64,000 nucleotides of DNA from Actinomycetes bacterium (GTDB lineage: Bacteria; Actinomycetota; Acidimicrobiia; Acidimicrobiales; Acidimicrobiaceae), in NCBI GenBank assembly GCA_021819205.1, contig JAKARV010000009.1:2880-66879 (forward strand). Direction: 5' to 3'. The position numbers were made by a program, and so were the translations under genes. Of this stretch, positions 10,063 through 20,444 are shown in pieces. How positions within the stretch are numbered: position 1 is the stretch's first letter; each line of letters begins with the position of its first letter. Under the pieces are notes generated by a model, which searched no databases, was not told the origin of the DNA, and saw only the letters and a list, made by a program, of their open reading frames with translations.

Positions 10063-12024
10063 TCATACCGAGGCGCCGACGATCAACCCCTCGAGTACCG
10101 CCTCCTCTACCGTGCGCGGCGCCATGCAGTCGCCAACGCCGTAGGTGGGAATGCCACTTGCTTGAAGCTCCGACAAAAGCTCGTCGCGAGATTGGCATCC
10201 GGTGGCGAGCACCGTGCAGCTGACGCCTTCGACGAGTACCGGCTCTTCGGTGAGAACGTGCTGGAGGTACACGGTATCGTCATCAACACCGTACAGCCGG
10301 GCCAAGGGAATGATCTCGATCTGCTGGCGGTGCAGATTTGCGAGGAGTCCATCCCGCACGTACTGCTGGAGCATCTCGCCAGGTGCGTATCCGGGGGTTG
10401 CCAGAGTGACTCGTTTGCCCTGCGCGGCGAGAAGTTGGGCTACGCCGATACCTACCCAGTCTGCCCTCCAATCGATCACCACCACTTTTTGATAAGTTTT
10501 TGCCTCTCCAGCGATTGCCGCCCAGGCGTCGATGACGGTGGGTGATCCCATAGTCGTCATTGGCGGCCAATAGGGCGTGGCCCCGGTGGCCACGATCACG
10601 GCGTCGGGGCTGAGAGAGTTGACCAGCGCCATGTCCGCGGTGGTTCGAGTTTTCGTGGTGACTCCCGATTGCGCTGCCTCTTTGATCAAATTTTCGGCCA
10701 CTACTGCAAACTCTTCCCGGCTCGGCAACCGCCCGGCGAGAAGAACTTGGCCCCCGAGTTGAGATTCAGCCTCGACCAGCGTGACCCGGTGGCCGCGATC
10801 GGCTGCAACTGCCGCCGCTTTGAGCCCGCCGGGACCGCCTCCGACTACCAGCACGCGCTTTGTTTTGGCGGCCGGCATGCGTTTCCCAAACTTCAATTCT
10901 CGTCCGGTCTCGGGATGCTGGATGCACGATATCGGATAGCCGGCGTGGAAGTGTCCGATACACGCCTGGTTGCAACCAACACAGGCACGGATTTTGTCCG
11001 GCGTTCCGGCAAAGGCAAGTGTTGGAAGCTGCGGGTCGCAGATGAGCGCGCGGGTCATGACGCAGGCATCGGCATCTTGGCGCTCGAGGATGCGCTCTGC
11101 GTCCTGCGGTTGATTGATTCGGCCTGCGATCATAACTGGCACGTCGACGAGGCCTTTGACTTGACGCGATACTTGGGAGACGTAGCCGTTAGCCCACCTC
11201 ATGTCGGGGACGATGTGGTCAGACCCGCCCAAGCTCGCCGAGGTGCCGGCGGTGACGCTTACATAGTCGACCAGTTTTTGTTTTGATAGAGCCTCCAACA
11301 CCTCCATGGCGATCTGTTCCGAAAGGCCGTTTGGGTCCCGTTCGCCGAGCGAGATTCGTATCCCAATGACTCCGGGGCTCAACTCCCCCCTCATCATCTC
11401 CAACGTCTCGGCAAGGAAACGCAACCGGTTCTCAGGCGTCCCTCCGTAGCCGTCGTTGCGGTGATTGATGAGCGGGTTGAGAAATTGGGATGGCAAATAG
11501 CCGTGGCTGGCAACGATCTCGACTCCATCCAAACCGGCCTTCGCCATACGGCGGGAAGCGGCGACGTATCCTACCTGAATTTCGCGGATTTCGCTGGTGG
11601 TGAGCGCCCGAGGCATTACTCGGAAGCGTTCATTGGGGACTGCTGACGGTGCCAACGCCACCGGAAGTGAACCGTCCTGAGACTCCATCACTTCCCTTCC
11701 AGGATGGAAAAGCTGTCCAAACAGCTTGGCTCCGTGGGGTTGGACGGCCCGCGCCAGCCGCTCATAACCGGCGATACACGCGTCGTCATTGGCCATGAGA
11801 ATGTGGGAGGTGTAGCGGGCCGATTCGCTAACCCCTGCCACCTGTATAACGATAAGTCCAACCCCGCCTTGGGCTCGAGCCTCTTGATACGCCACCAACT
11901 GGTCGGTGGGGCGACCGTCCTTTACCATAACGGTGTCGTGTCCGGATGACACTATCCGATTTTTCACCGTGATCGTACCAATGGTTAGCGGGGAGGCTAG
12001 ATGGGGGAACATCTCTTGGCTCAT
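10063..12024 (-). CDS. FMN / 4Fe-4S / FAD(NAD) flavoprotein of the 2,4-dienoyl-CoA reductase / amine dehydrogenase (Old Yellow Enzyme-fusion) family
   Basis: OYE-like N-terminal half, Cys cluster CVGCNQACIGHFHAGYPISC, then a GGGPGG dinucleotide fold. GAGGAGGAG lies 6 nt upstream of the ATG at 12024; the ORF opens at 12066. Confidence 0.8.
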   Translation of the reverse strand: MSQEMFPHLASPLTIGTITVKNRIVSSGHDTVMVKDGRPTDQLVAYQEARAQGGVGLIVIQVAGVSESARYTSHILMANDDACIAGYERLARAVQPHGAKLFGQLFHPGREVMESQDGSLPVALAPSAVPNERFRVMPRALTTSEIREIQVGYVAASRRMAKAGLDGVEIVASHGYLPSQFLNPLINHRNDGYGGTPENRLRFLAETLEMMRGELSPGVIGIRISLGERDPNGLSEQIAMEVLEALSKQKLVDYVSVTAGTSASLGGSDHIVPDMRWANGYVSQVSRQVKGLVDVPVMIAGRINQPQDAERILERQDADACVMTRALICDPQLPTLAFAGTPDKIRACVGCNQACIGHFHAGYPISCIQHPETGRELKFGKRMPAAKTKRVLVVGGGPGGLKAAAVAADRGHRVTLVEAESQLGGQVLLAGRLPSREEFAVVAENLIKEAAQSGVTTKTRTTADMALVNSLSPDAVIVATGATPYWPPMTTMGSPTVIDAWAAIAGEAKTYQKVVVIDWRADWVGIGVAQLLAAQGKRVTLATPGYAPGEMLQQYVRDGLLANLHRQQIEIIPLARLYGVDDDTVYLQHVLTEEPVLVEGVSCTVLATGCQSRDELLSELQASGIPTYGVGDCMAPRTVEEAVLEGLIVGASV

Positions 12025-12690
12025 CTCTTTCTCCTCCTCGTTTAGTAAGCGTTGCCAATCGGGCATGGGGTTTGTGGACGCTGCGAAATATCAAGAAGTT
12101 CTTGCGTTCGATCCGAAGCGGCATCGAGATCGATCAGACCAAAGGATCCAAGCGCGAATTCGTTGCCGGTCGGCGGCGGAAGGCGCAAGTAGAGTCTTTC
12201 CTGGGTGCACTTTGCTGTTTGACGTGCGCGCCAACGGGCTAAAACACGATCGGCCGTTGTCGGGCCGCACGTGAACCTTTTGTATTTAGGCGCCGTCATT
12301 GGCACTTCTCCCCGCCGGGCTCTCGGCGAGAGCCAATATTTAAATCGTTGTTCAATATTGTATAGTGCAAAATGCAGCCATCGTCAAGGCAGCCCAGGAC
12401 GGGTTGTGGCTGTCGAAGTTTTCCGCAACGGACTTTACTCTTGCCGGCAATGTTTTTTCCTTTTGCCTTGGCTAACTTCTTAATGTTGGCTCATAATCCG
12501 ATGGGGATGGTGCCTTGCCAATTGCGGCGAGTGGCCGTTTTTTGCCATCTGTTTTGCGCCAAGTGTTTCAACCGCGAAAACATTCAAGTTTTCAACAGCA
12601 AATGCTGCCAAACACGAGTAATGTAGTTGGAACCTAGCGTATTTCCAACGGAATACGTATGCCAAGAGCTGTTTTGGCGAGGGAGGGGGT

Positions 12691-13635
12691 GTGGACATGC
12701 CGCATGGCGCCGAGGAGATCGCCGACCAGGTGATCGCTGGCACCGGGGAGATGGTGGAGAGCGAAACGTTCGGCGATCTGTCGCCCTCGGCAAGCCCACT
12801 CTCCATCGCCTTACGCACTTTTTCGGCGAACAAACTTGCGGTTGCAAGCCTTGCAATGCTGGTGATAGTGGTGGCGTTCTGCTATCTCGGCCCCGTTTTT
12901 TATCATACGAACCAAATTGCCACCAATCTTCTTCGGGAGAACCAGGGTCCTTCCGCTGCCCACCCCCTCGGGACTAGCCCAACCGGCAAGGATGAGCTGG
13001 GACGGTTGATGCTTGGGGGGCAGAGCACCATTGAACTCGGATTGGCGGTAGGGGTAATAGCTACCGGTTTCGGGCTTGTTTGGGGAACCGTCAGCGGGTT
13101 TATTGGCGGAGCGGTCGATTCGATAATGATGCGGGTTGTGGACGCCCTCCTCTCCATCCCGTTTCTTTTCTTTGTGATTCTGTTGGCGTCGATCGTCCGG
13201 CCAACCTTGATCTTGGTCATCTTGGTCATCTCCGGGGTGAGCTGGTTGTCCACGGCGCGTTTGGTGCGAGGTGAAACACTGTCGTTGAGAACGCGGGACT
13301 ATGTCAGCGCCGCCCGGGGGTTTGGAGCATCCAACACTCGGCTGATCGCCAGGCACATCGGTCCAAACGTTCTCGGTGTGCTGGTAGTCAATGCAACGCT
13401 TAAGGTGGCTGACGCGATTTTGACCTTTGCTGCTCTTGGGTACCTCGGATTGAGCGTACCTCCGCCGGCCACGAATTGGGGGGAGATTCTTGCCGGAGGC
13501 GTGAACAATTTTTTTGACGGATATTGGTGGCAGCTCTGGCCGGCGGCCATCTTGATCGTGGTGACCGTGCTGGCGGTCAACGTATTGGGAGACGCCCTTC
13601 GAGACGTGGTAGAGGCGCGGCTCAATCAGCGGTAG
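12691..13635 (+). CDS. ABC transporter permease (DppC/OppC-like)
   Basis: 314 aa, multi-TM, with an EAA-loop region (ARGFGASNTRLIARHIGPN). Confidence 0.85.
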   Translation: MDMPHGAEEIADQVIAGTGEMVESETFGDLSPSASPLSIALRTFSANKLAVASLAMLVIVVAFCYLGPVFYHTNQIATNLLRENQGPSAAHPLGTSPTGKDELGRLMLGGQSTIELGLAVGVIATGFGLVWGTVSGFIGGAVDSIMMRVVDALLSIPFLFFVILLASIVRPTLILVILVISGVSWLSTARLVRGETLSLRTRDYVSAARGFGASNTRLIARHIGPNVLGVLVVNATLKVADAILTFAALGYLGLSVPPPATNWGEILAGGVNNFFDGYWWQLWPAAILIVVTVLAVNVLGDALRDVVEARLNQR

Positions 13636-13674
13636 CCCAACTTTTAGCTAAACGAAGATAGATGGAGGTAACAG

Positions 13675-15528
13675 ATGGAGCGAAGCACAGTCCGGGCAGG
13701 AAAAAGCTTGCCAATTGGCGCGCCACCACGCTGGTGGCGGGGGGTTCGGCTTGGCGGTGTGGTGGCGGCGCTCGCGGTAGTGGCCGCGGCTTGCGGGTCC
13801 ACTACCACCTCCACCCCCACGTCGAGTTCTTCAGGAGTTCCGGCCAACTACGCCACCTTCGCCCTGCACTCCGGGGATACGTACAGCTGGGTGCTCCCGC
13901 TGCCAAACCAGGCAAACTACGAACCGTGGGACCAGAACGCCGAGTACGGAATGTATCGCCCGCTCTACATCGCCGGCAACGGTTCACAGCCGGTTATAAA
14001 CTACGCCGCGAGTCTAGCCAATCCGCCGGTTTATTCGAACAACAATACTTCAGTTACCGTCACCCTCAAGAACTACAAATGGTCGGATGGGCAGCCGTTA
14101 ACAACCCGGGACGTCCAGTTTTTTTATAATTTGTACAAGGCCAATAAGGATTCGATTGCGAGCTATGTTTCCGGTAACTTTCCCGATAATGTGGCAAGCT
14201 TTACCGTAAACAACGCCAAAACTTTCACCCTCACTTTGAAGAGTCCGGTCAATCCGCTATGGTTTACCGACAATGAGTTGAGCGCCTTTGTGCCGCTACC
14301 GCAGCACGTCTGGGATCGGACATCTGCCTCTCAAGCAGTTGGCAACTACGATATGACGACGGCGGGGGCGGTTGCGGTATTCAAGTACCTGACTGCCCAG
14401 TCGTCAAAGCTGGCAACTTACGCCACAAACCCGCTGTGGAAAGTGGTGGACGGTCCATGGAAGCTTCAGTCCTACGATCCAACTACGGGACGGACGGTGT
14501 TCTCTCGCAATAACGCGTTCTCGGGCGCGCTGCCCAAGCTATCGGGTTACGTGCTGGAGAGCTTTACCAGCCAAACCGCGGAGGTGGACGCGCTGAGAAA
14601 CGGTCAACTGGACTACGGCTACCTGCCGTTGAGCGATTACGGGATATCGCAGAGCCTCGCCAAGGCCGGCTTCACTCTTGCTCCTTGGCCAACCGAGTAC
14701 GTGCAGTGGGCAGAGCTGGGTTACACCTCGAAGAAGTACGGTCCTTTGGTCAAGCAGCTCTACATCCGCCAGGCCTTGCAGCACCTGATCAACGAGCCAC
14801 TCTATCTAAAGACGACGCTGCATGGCGATGGGCAGCTCACCTATGGACCCGTTCCCAATCTCCCGGGATCGCCGTACGTGACTCCGCAGGAGAAAACCGA
14901 TCCGTACCCGTACTCGCCAAGTGCGGCAAAAGCGCTCGTTGCCGCGCATGGCTGGACGGTCAAGAACGGCGTGTTTGTCTGCACTTCCCCGGGAACGGCT
15001 GCGAACGAGTGCGGTGCGGGGATAACCGCGAACGAGCAGTTGAATCTTCTGTTTATGTACCAGACCGGAACCCCAACGCTAGCTGCCCAGGTCGGGGCGT
15101 TTGATACCGCAGCCAAGGCTGCCGACATCGGCATCACCCTCGACCCGCAGTCCCAGAGCACCATGTTTTCGATCGGTGGCGTCTGTCCGTCTGCCGGTCC
15201 GTGCAATTGGGGGATCATCCTCTACCGTACGTTCCTCTGGAACTACGGCCAGGGGGATGTTTTGCCTACGGGTGGACAGATGTTCGGGCAAGGCAACTAT
15301 TGGGGTGGGGGTTACTACAGCCCGCAGGCCCAGGCGCTGATCGCCGCCACCCATACCCAGCCGGGTCTGCAGCCGCTCTTCAACTACGAAAACTACATAT
15401 CGTCCCAGGTCGCTGCGTTGTGGTTCCCAACCTGGGATGAGCAGATCTCTGTGGTTTCCAAAAAGCTTCATGGATGGAGCCCGCAGCAGGTGTTCGGAGA
15501 TCCGCAGCCATCCAGGTGGTACTTCTAG
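13675..15528 (+). CDS. ABC transporter substrate-binding lipoprotein, family 5, copy 2
   Basis: 617 aa. Lipobox AAAC. Paralog of the ORF at 6510-8333. Confidence 0.85.
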   Translation: MERSTVRAGKSLPIGAPPRWWRGVRLGGVVAALAVVAAACGSTTTSTPTSSSSGVPANYATFALHSGDTYSWVLPLPNQANYEPWDQNAEYGMYRPLYIAGNGSQPVINYAASLANPPVYSNNNTSVTVTLKNYKWSDGQPLTTRDVQFFYNLYKANKDSIASYVSGNFPDNVASFTVNNAKTFTLTLKSPVNPLWFTDNELSAFVPLPQHVWDRTSASQAVGNYDMTTAGAVAVFKYLTAQSSKLATYATNPLWKVVDGPWKLQSYDPTTGRTVFSRNNAFSGALPKLSGYVLESFTSQTAEVDALRNGQLDYGYLPLSDYGISQSLAKAGFTLAPWPTEYVQWAELGYTSKKYGPLVKQLYIRQALQHLINEPLYLKTTLHGDGQLTYGPVPNLPGSPYVTPQEKTDPYPYSPSAAKALVAAHGWTVKNGVFVCTSPGTAANECGAGITANEQLNLLFMYQTGTPTLAAQVGAFDTAAKAADIGITLDPQSQSTMFSIGGVCPSAGPCNWGIILYRTFLWNYGQGDVLPTGGQMFGQGNYWGGGYYSPQAQALIAATHTQPGLQPLFNYENYISSQVAALWFPTWDEQISVVSKKLHGWSPQQVFGDPQPSRWYF

Positions 15529-15543
15529 GAGTATGCAGCAACG

Positions 15544-16485
15544 ATGCTTGGTTACTCTTTAAGACGCTTCGGGCAAGCCCTGATCACAATCTTCGTGGTT
15601 AGCCTGATCGTGTTCGGAGTACTGCACGCTTTGCCTGGTGGCCTGGTTCGCGCGCAGCTTGGCTCGAAGGCAACCGCAATTCAGGTGCACTCGCTGGAGG
15701 TCCAGGAGGGGCTTCTCCGTCCACTGCCGATCCAGTATCTGACCTGGCTGTGGAGTGCGCTGCGGGGTAATCTCGGATTCTCGTACAAGCTGAACGAGAG
15801 CGTGGCTACGCTGATTGGAACCTACGTCCCAAGAACGTTCCTCCTCGTGCTGGTCTCGCTCCTTCTAGCGGTGAGTATCGCCATACCCATGGGTTTGTGG
15901 CAGGGCTATCGCCGGAATCGGGCGGACGACCACGCCTTGAGTGCAACAATGTTGATCTTGTACTCAATGCCAACATTCTTGTTGGGAGTGATACTGATCC
16001 TGGTGTTCAACTTGTGGCTTCCGGTCTTTCCTTCTACCGCCTCCGACTTCGGTGGAAGCCTTGCGACCGATGCTGCCGATTTGGCGCTGCCGGTGCTCAC
16101 ACTGTGCCTCGCAAACGTCAGCTACTTCAGCAGGTACATGCGTTCCGCCGTGATCGACAACCTTCTCGAAGACTACGTGCGGACCGCAAAAGCCAAGGGA
16201 GCCACCAGCAGGCGGGTGTTGCTTCGCCATGTGCTGCGGAATTCGATGACCTCTACAGTGACGCTGCTTGGCCTTAGCCTGCCGTACACGATCTCCGGTT
16301 CGCTAATAGTCGAAGCCCTGTTCAATTACCCTGGAGCGGGTCTGCTGTTCTGGAACTCGGCCCAGAATCGCGATTTTCCGGTCCTGCTGGGAATCGTGCT
16401 TGTAGTTACGGTGGCAACTGTCGCCGGCAACTTTTTGGCAGATATCGCTTACGGAATAATCGATCCTCGGGTACGGCTCCGATGA
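15544..16485 (+). CDS. ABC transporter permease (DppB/OppB-like)
   Basis: 313 aa. N-terminus MLGYSLRRFGQALITIFVVSLIVF is typical of DppB/OppB; EAA loop RTAKAKGATSRRVLLRHVLRN. Confidence 0.85.
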   Translation: MLGYSLRRFGQALITIFVVSLIVFGVLHALPGGLVRAQLGSKATAIQVHSLEVQEGLLRPLPIQYLTWLWSALRGNLGFSYKLNESVATLIGTYVPRTFLLVLVSLLLAVSIAIPMGLWQGYRRNRADDHALSATMLILYSMPTFLLGVILILVFNLWLPVFPSTASDFGGSLATDAADLALPVLTLCLANVSYFSRYMRSAVIDNLLEDYVRTAKAKGATSRRVLLRHVLRNSMTSTVTLLGLSLPYTISGSLIVEALFNYPGAGLLFWNSAQNRDFPVLLGIVLVVTVATVAGNFLADIAYGIIDPRVRLR

Positions 16486-17891
16486 CCGGACATCGCCTTG
16501 GCATCGGAGCTTTAGCGAACACGAAGAACGAAGTGTTTTGGCTTGACGATCAGAGTATTCCCGAAATGCGCGCACCGCTCGTCCACTCTACATCGGCAGA
16601 TTGTGTAGTTGTGGGCGGGGGATTTACCGGGTTGTGGTCGGCGCTTTTAATAAAGGAAAGACGTCCAAATTGGCGGGTTGTCTTGCTCGAGGGGTTTCGC
16701 ATTGCCTGGGGCGCAAGCGGGCGAAACGGTGGTTTTTGCGATGCGAGCGTAACTCATGGGCTGTCCAACGGGCTAGCGCACTTCCAGGATGAGATTCGGA
16801 TCCTGGAGGAGCTGGGGGAGAAGAACCTTTCCGCGATCGAGGAACTCGTCAGTGGCGAGCAGATCGATTGCGACCTTTCGGGCAGGGGAACTTTGGATGT
16901 CGCTACGGAGCAGTGGCAGTTGGACGATCTTGCCGAGATTGCGAAGATCGCTCCGGAGTACGGGTACGAAGTTTCTCTGCTTGATTCAAGCGAGGTTCGG
17001 AAGCGGGTCGATTCTCCAACCTATAAGGGTGGGTTGTATATTGGCAATCGGTGCGCAATGGTCAATCCGGCCCGGCTTGCCTGGGGCTTGGCGGAGGTGG
17101 CGCAGCGCCGTGGCGTTGAGATTTTTGAGGGTACGTTGGTGGCCGGCCTCGAAGATTGCGGAAGCGAGGTGGAGGTGCGGACCACTGCACCGGCAACTGT
17201 TCGAACGCCAAGAGTCGTCCTTGGGACCAACGCGTTTCCCCCGCTTTTGAAGGGCATCCAACCGTTCATTGTGCCGGTATACGACTATGCATTGGTGACG
17301 GAGCCTCTTCACAGCGATCGGCTGGCCGCGATCGGGTGGTTTGGCCGTGAAGGGTTGTCGGATGCCGGCAACTTGTTTCACTACTACCGGATGACGGCAG
17401 ACAACCGGATACTTTTCGGCGGTTATGACGCCGTGTACCATTACGGCAACGGGATAAAACCCGAATATGGGAACAATGTTCGAACATTCGCCAAGCTCTC
17501 TAGCCACTTCTTCACCACGTTTCCCCAGCTCGACGGGGTCGAGTTTACGCACGCGTGGGGCGGAGTGATCGATACCAGCAGCCGGTTCGCAATGCACTTC
17601 GGCCAACGGTTCCGAAAGAAAGTTCACTACGCGGTTGGATTCACCGGGCTTGGAGTCGGCGCCACCAGGTTTGCCGCCGACGTGTTGGCCGATCGGGTTA
17701 TTGGGCAAGAAGGCCCGGCGAGCAGTTTGCGATTTGCTCGTACCAAGCCAGTTCCATTTCCTCCGGAACCCTTTCGGAAGCTCGTTGTCGAGGCGACAAA
17801 ACAGTCTTTGATCGCGGCCGATCGGAACCAGGGCCGGCGCAACCTGTGGTTGAGGCTTCTTGACCGGGCGGGGGTTGGATTTGACTCCTGA
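16482..17891 (+). CDS. FAD-dependent (DAO-family) amine oxidoreductase, PuuB/sarcosine-oxidase-like
   Basis: 469 aa. Dinucleotide fold VVVGGGFTGL followed by GASGRNGG. The start overlaps the permease stop (ATGA). Confidence 0.8.
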   Translation: MTGHRLGIGALANTKNEVFWLDDQSIPEMRAPLVHSTSADCVVVGGGFTGLWSALLIKERRPNWRVVLLEGFRIAWGASGRNGGFCDASVTHGLSNGLAHFQDEIRILEELGEKNLSAIEELVSGEQIDCDLSGRGTLDVATEQWQLDDLAEIAKIAPEYGYEVSLLDSSEVRKRVDSPTYKGGLYIGNRCAMVNPARLAWGLAEVAQRRGVEIFEGTLVAGLEDCGSEVEVRTTAPATVRTPRVVLGTNAFPPLLKGIQPFIVPVYDYALVTEPLHSDRLAAIGWFGREGLSDAGNLFHYYRMTADNRILFGGYDAVYHYGNGIKPEYGNNVRTFAKLSSHFFTTFPQLDGVEFTHAWGGVIDTSSRFAMHFGQRFRKKVHYAVGFTGLGVGATRFAADVLADRVIGQEGPASSLRFARTKPVPFPPEPFRKLVVEATKQSLIAADRNQGRRNLWLRLLDRAGVGFDS

Positions 17892-19959
17892 TCTGCATCA
17901 GCACCCCAATGTTCTCGAGGTCAAGCAGCTTTCCACTCACATTCGGCAAAAAAGGTTCTCGATCCAGGCTGTTGATGGGGTGAGCTTTACGGTGGCCCAA
18001 GGTGAGACGCTTGGGATAGTGGGCGAGTCGGGATGCGGCAAGACGATCACTGCGCTTTCGATCATGGGGTTGCTTCCCCCGGGTGGAGAGGTGGTGGGCG
18101 GGAGCATCAGCCTCGACGGCGTTGAGCTGGTCGGCATGGACAGGGCCGAGTTGAGATCGCGCCGGGGATCGACCGTCGGCATGGTGTTCCAGGACCCGCT
18201 GACCTCGCTGAATCCGTCGAAGACGATCGGATGGCAGATTGGCGAGCCGCTGCGCATACACCGCCGCGCGAACAAAAAGGAGCAGCGAGAGCGGGCGCTT
18301 GAGCTGCTTTCGCTGGTGGGGATTCCGGCTCCTGCGGAGCGAATCGACGATTTCCCCCACCAACTCTCCGGTGGCATGCGCCAAAGGGTAATGATCGCAA
18401 TCGCGCTCGCGATGGAGCCGAAGCTGCTGATCGCGGATGAACCGACGACCGCTCTTGACGTGACCATCCAGGCGCAGATCCTTGACCTTCTTGACGGCCT
18501 CAAAGAGCAACTTGGCATGGGCCTCATGTTGGTGACGCACGACCTCGGTGTGATTGCCGGCCACGCCGACCGCGTCGTCGTCATGTACGCCGGCCAGGTG
18601 GTTGAGGAGGGGGCCGTTGGAGAGCTATTTGCCAGCATGAAGCATCCGTATACCCAATCGCTGCTCTCGTCGATTCCCCGTGTTGGCCAGGATCGCGCGC
18701 GCACCCTATCCTCGATACCGGGACTTCCGCCAGATTTGGCCAGCCCCCCTCTGGGCTGCCGCTTTGCACCCCGGTGCAGTCGCGCTCAAGAGAACTGCGC
18801 TTCCGCGGAACCAGCTCTCGGGCAGGTTTCGGCGACGCATCAATATGCTTGCCACCATCCGGTAAACGGGCCGCTGGAACCGGCCACTGCAGCCGTGGCC
18901 GTGCATGAGCGAGGCCCAAACGGGAACGGCGCCGATCGGCGAGTGCTGGTTTCGGCGAGAGACCTCACCAAGGAGTTCTCGCTCCATTCCGGGCTGCTGC
19001 AACGACGAGTGGGGACGGTGCATGCGGTTGCCGGGGTCTCATTCGACATCTATGCCGGCGAGACCTTTGGCGTCGTCGGCGAGTCCGGGTGTGGAAAGAC
19101 TACGCTAGGGCGGATCCTCGTGGGGCTCGAGTCGCAGACGTCGGGGTCGCTCCTGTTCGACGGCACGGACATCGCAACCCAAAGCAGGCGCGAACTTTGC
19201 CGCCTCAGGCGCAACTTCCAACTTATGTTTCAAGATCCGTACGCCTCGCTCGATCCGCGAATGAGGATAGGAACCTCACTCCAGGAACCCCTGGTGGTTC
19301 AGCGGCAGGGCGACCGCAAAGCGCGCTCGGCAAGGGTCATGGGGTTGCTGCGGGAAGTCGGCCTCAGGCCGGAGGCGGTCGAGCGATACCCCCACGAGTT
19401 CTCCGGAGGCCAGCGGCAGCGCGTGGGATTTGCGCGTTCCTTGGTGCTGAATCCGAGGCTGATCGTTGCCGATGAGCCTGTATCCGCGTTGGACGTCTCG
19501 ATTCGTTCGCAGATTATCAATATGATGCGGCGGCTTCAAGCGGTTCACGACCTCACGTACGTGGTAATCTCCCATGACATGGCTGTGATCAGCTATCTGG
19601 CCGATCGAGTTGGCGTGATGTACCTTGGCCGGATGGTTGAAGTAGCCAGCTCGACAGAACTCTTCAAACGCCCGGCCCACCCCTACACCCAGGGTCTGTT
19701 GAAGTCGGTTCCCGTGCCCGATCCGGCGATAGCGCGCACCGCCGGGCGCAAACCGGTAGTACTCGGCGAACTCCCGTCGCCAATCAACCCTCCATCCGGT
19801 TGCCATTTTCGAACGCGATGTCCGTTCGTGATCGACTTGTGCTCGAAGGAGATTCCACAAGCCGTGGAGGTCGCACCGGGGCACTCGGTCTCATGCCATC
19901 GAAGTCAAGAGGTATACAGTGGCGATCTGGTGGTGGGCAGCACTAGCGTCCGGGATTGA
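17860..19959 (+). CDS. Fused double ATPase of the peptide-type ABC importer (DppD-DppF fusion)
   Basis: 699 aa. Two Walker A motifs (GESGCGKT twice), two signature motifs (LSGGMRQR, FSGGQRQR) and two OppD/F-type Cys tails (CRFAPRC, CHFRTRCP). Confidence 0.9.
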   Translation: MTGRGLDLTPDLHQHPNVLEVKQLSTHIRQKRFSIQAVDGVSFTVAQGETLGIVGESGCGKTITALSIMGLLPPGGEVVGGSISLDGVELVGMDRAELRSRRGSTVGMVFQDPLTSLNPSKTIGWQIGEPLRIHRRANKKEQRERALELLSLVGIPAPAERIDDFPHQLSGGMRQRVMIAIALAMEPKLLIADEPTTALDVTIQAQILDLLDGLKEQLGMGLMLVTHDLGVIAGHADRVVVMYAGQVVEEGAVGELFASMKHPYTQSLLSSIPRVGQDRARTLSSIPGLPPDLASPPLGCRFAPRCSRAQENCASAEPALGQVSATHQYACHHPVNGPLEPATAAVAVHERGPNGNGADRRVLVSARDLTKEFSLHSGLLQRRVGTVHAVAGVSFDIYAGETFGVVGESGCGKTTLGRILVGLESQTSGSLLFDGTDIATQSRRELCRLRRNFQLMFQDPYASLDPRMRIGTSLQEPLVVQRQGDRKARSARVMGLLREVGLRPEAVERYPHEFSGGQRQRVGFARSLVLNPRLIVADEPVSALDVSIRSQIINMMRRLQAVHDLTYVVISHDMAVISYLADRVGVMYLGRMVEVASSTELFKRPAHPYTQGLLKSVPVPDPAIARTAGRKPVVLGELPSPINPPSGCHFRTRCPFVIDLCSKEIPQAVEVAPGHSVSCHRSQEVYSGDLVVGSTSVRD

Positions 19960-20075
19960 GATGGTGATCGGATCCGCCGTAGCTACGGGGGACGCAGGCC
20001 GCGTCCGCGACGCAGCGTGGGTTAGGCCGGATTGGGCGATGACGAGCCGACAACAAGTTTGGCCGGTTTATTTTG

Positions 20076-20105
20076 AAGCGCCAGCGTTGTCCTGGAGCGC
20101 TTTTG
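20076..20105 (+). terminator. Candidate intrinsic terminator after the ABC ATPase gene
   Basis: aagcgccag-cgttgtc-ctgg(a)gcgctt hairpin (9 bp with one bulge) followed by TTTT, about 115 nt after the stop at 19959. Confidence 0.35.
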
Positions 20106-20444
20106 TCGAAAATCTTCGGCCGTTGGAAGGTTCGAACGATCGCTTCTCGCAGACGTTCTGTCGTCTGGCAAAGGGTGTCATTTTTGGCGCCCTATCCGGC
20201 GGCCACGTTGTAAAGGAAACCGGTCGTCCAAGCGTGGCTGCAAGCGTCGGTTATTTCAAACGTCCAACACCGATTTTAAGGGAAACATGATGTACATTGA
20301 CGGCGTACGCCGAGCAAGTCGACGTTGGTGCTTGGGGCAACTCCAACGGCTTTAGGGATCGGTGGTTTTGTTGTGTTAGACGGGACATTGTTGCGGGCAC
20401 ACGTTGGCTATGAATAACAAAAATCAAAAAGAAGAGGCATTGCC

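Noticed and set aside
17698-18704. 288-aa and 255-aa ORFs antisense to the ABC ATPase gene; likewise 60129-60932, 61197-62294, 3043-4011, 708-1712 and 48530-49162
   Set aside because: All are embedded in, and out of frame with or antisense to, genes with strong motif support. They are high-GC shadow ORFs.
20120-20150. tRNA-like GGTTCGAAC (T-loop-like) string
   Set aside because: The flanking bases do not form a T-arm, acceptor stem or anticodon arm. No cloverleaf can be drawn.
19919-20290. 123-aa ORF in the 485-bp gap after the ABC ATPase gene
   Set aside because: No RBS and no recognisable domain. It overlaps the end of the ATPase gene and spans the candidate terminator hairpin. The region is treated as non-coding, although a small RNA cannot be excluded.
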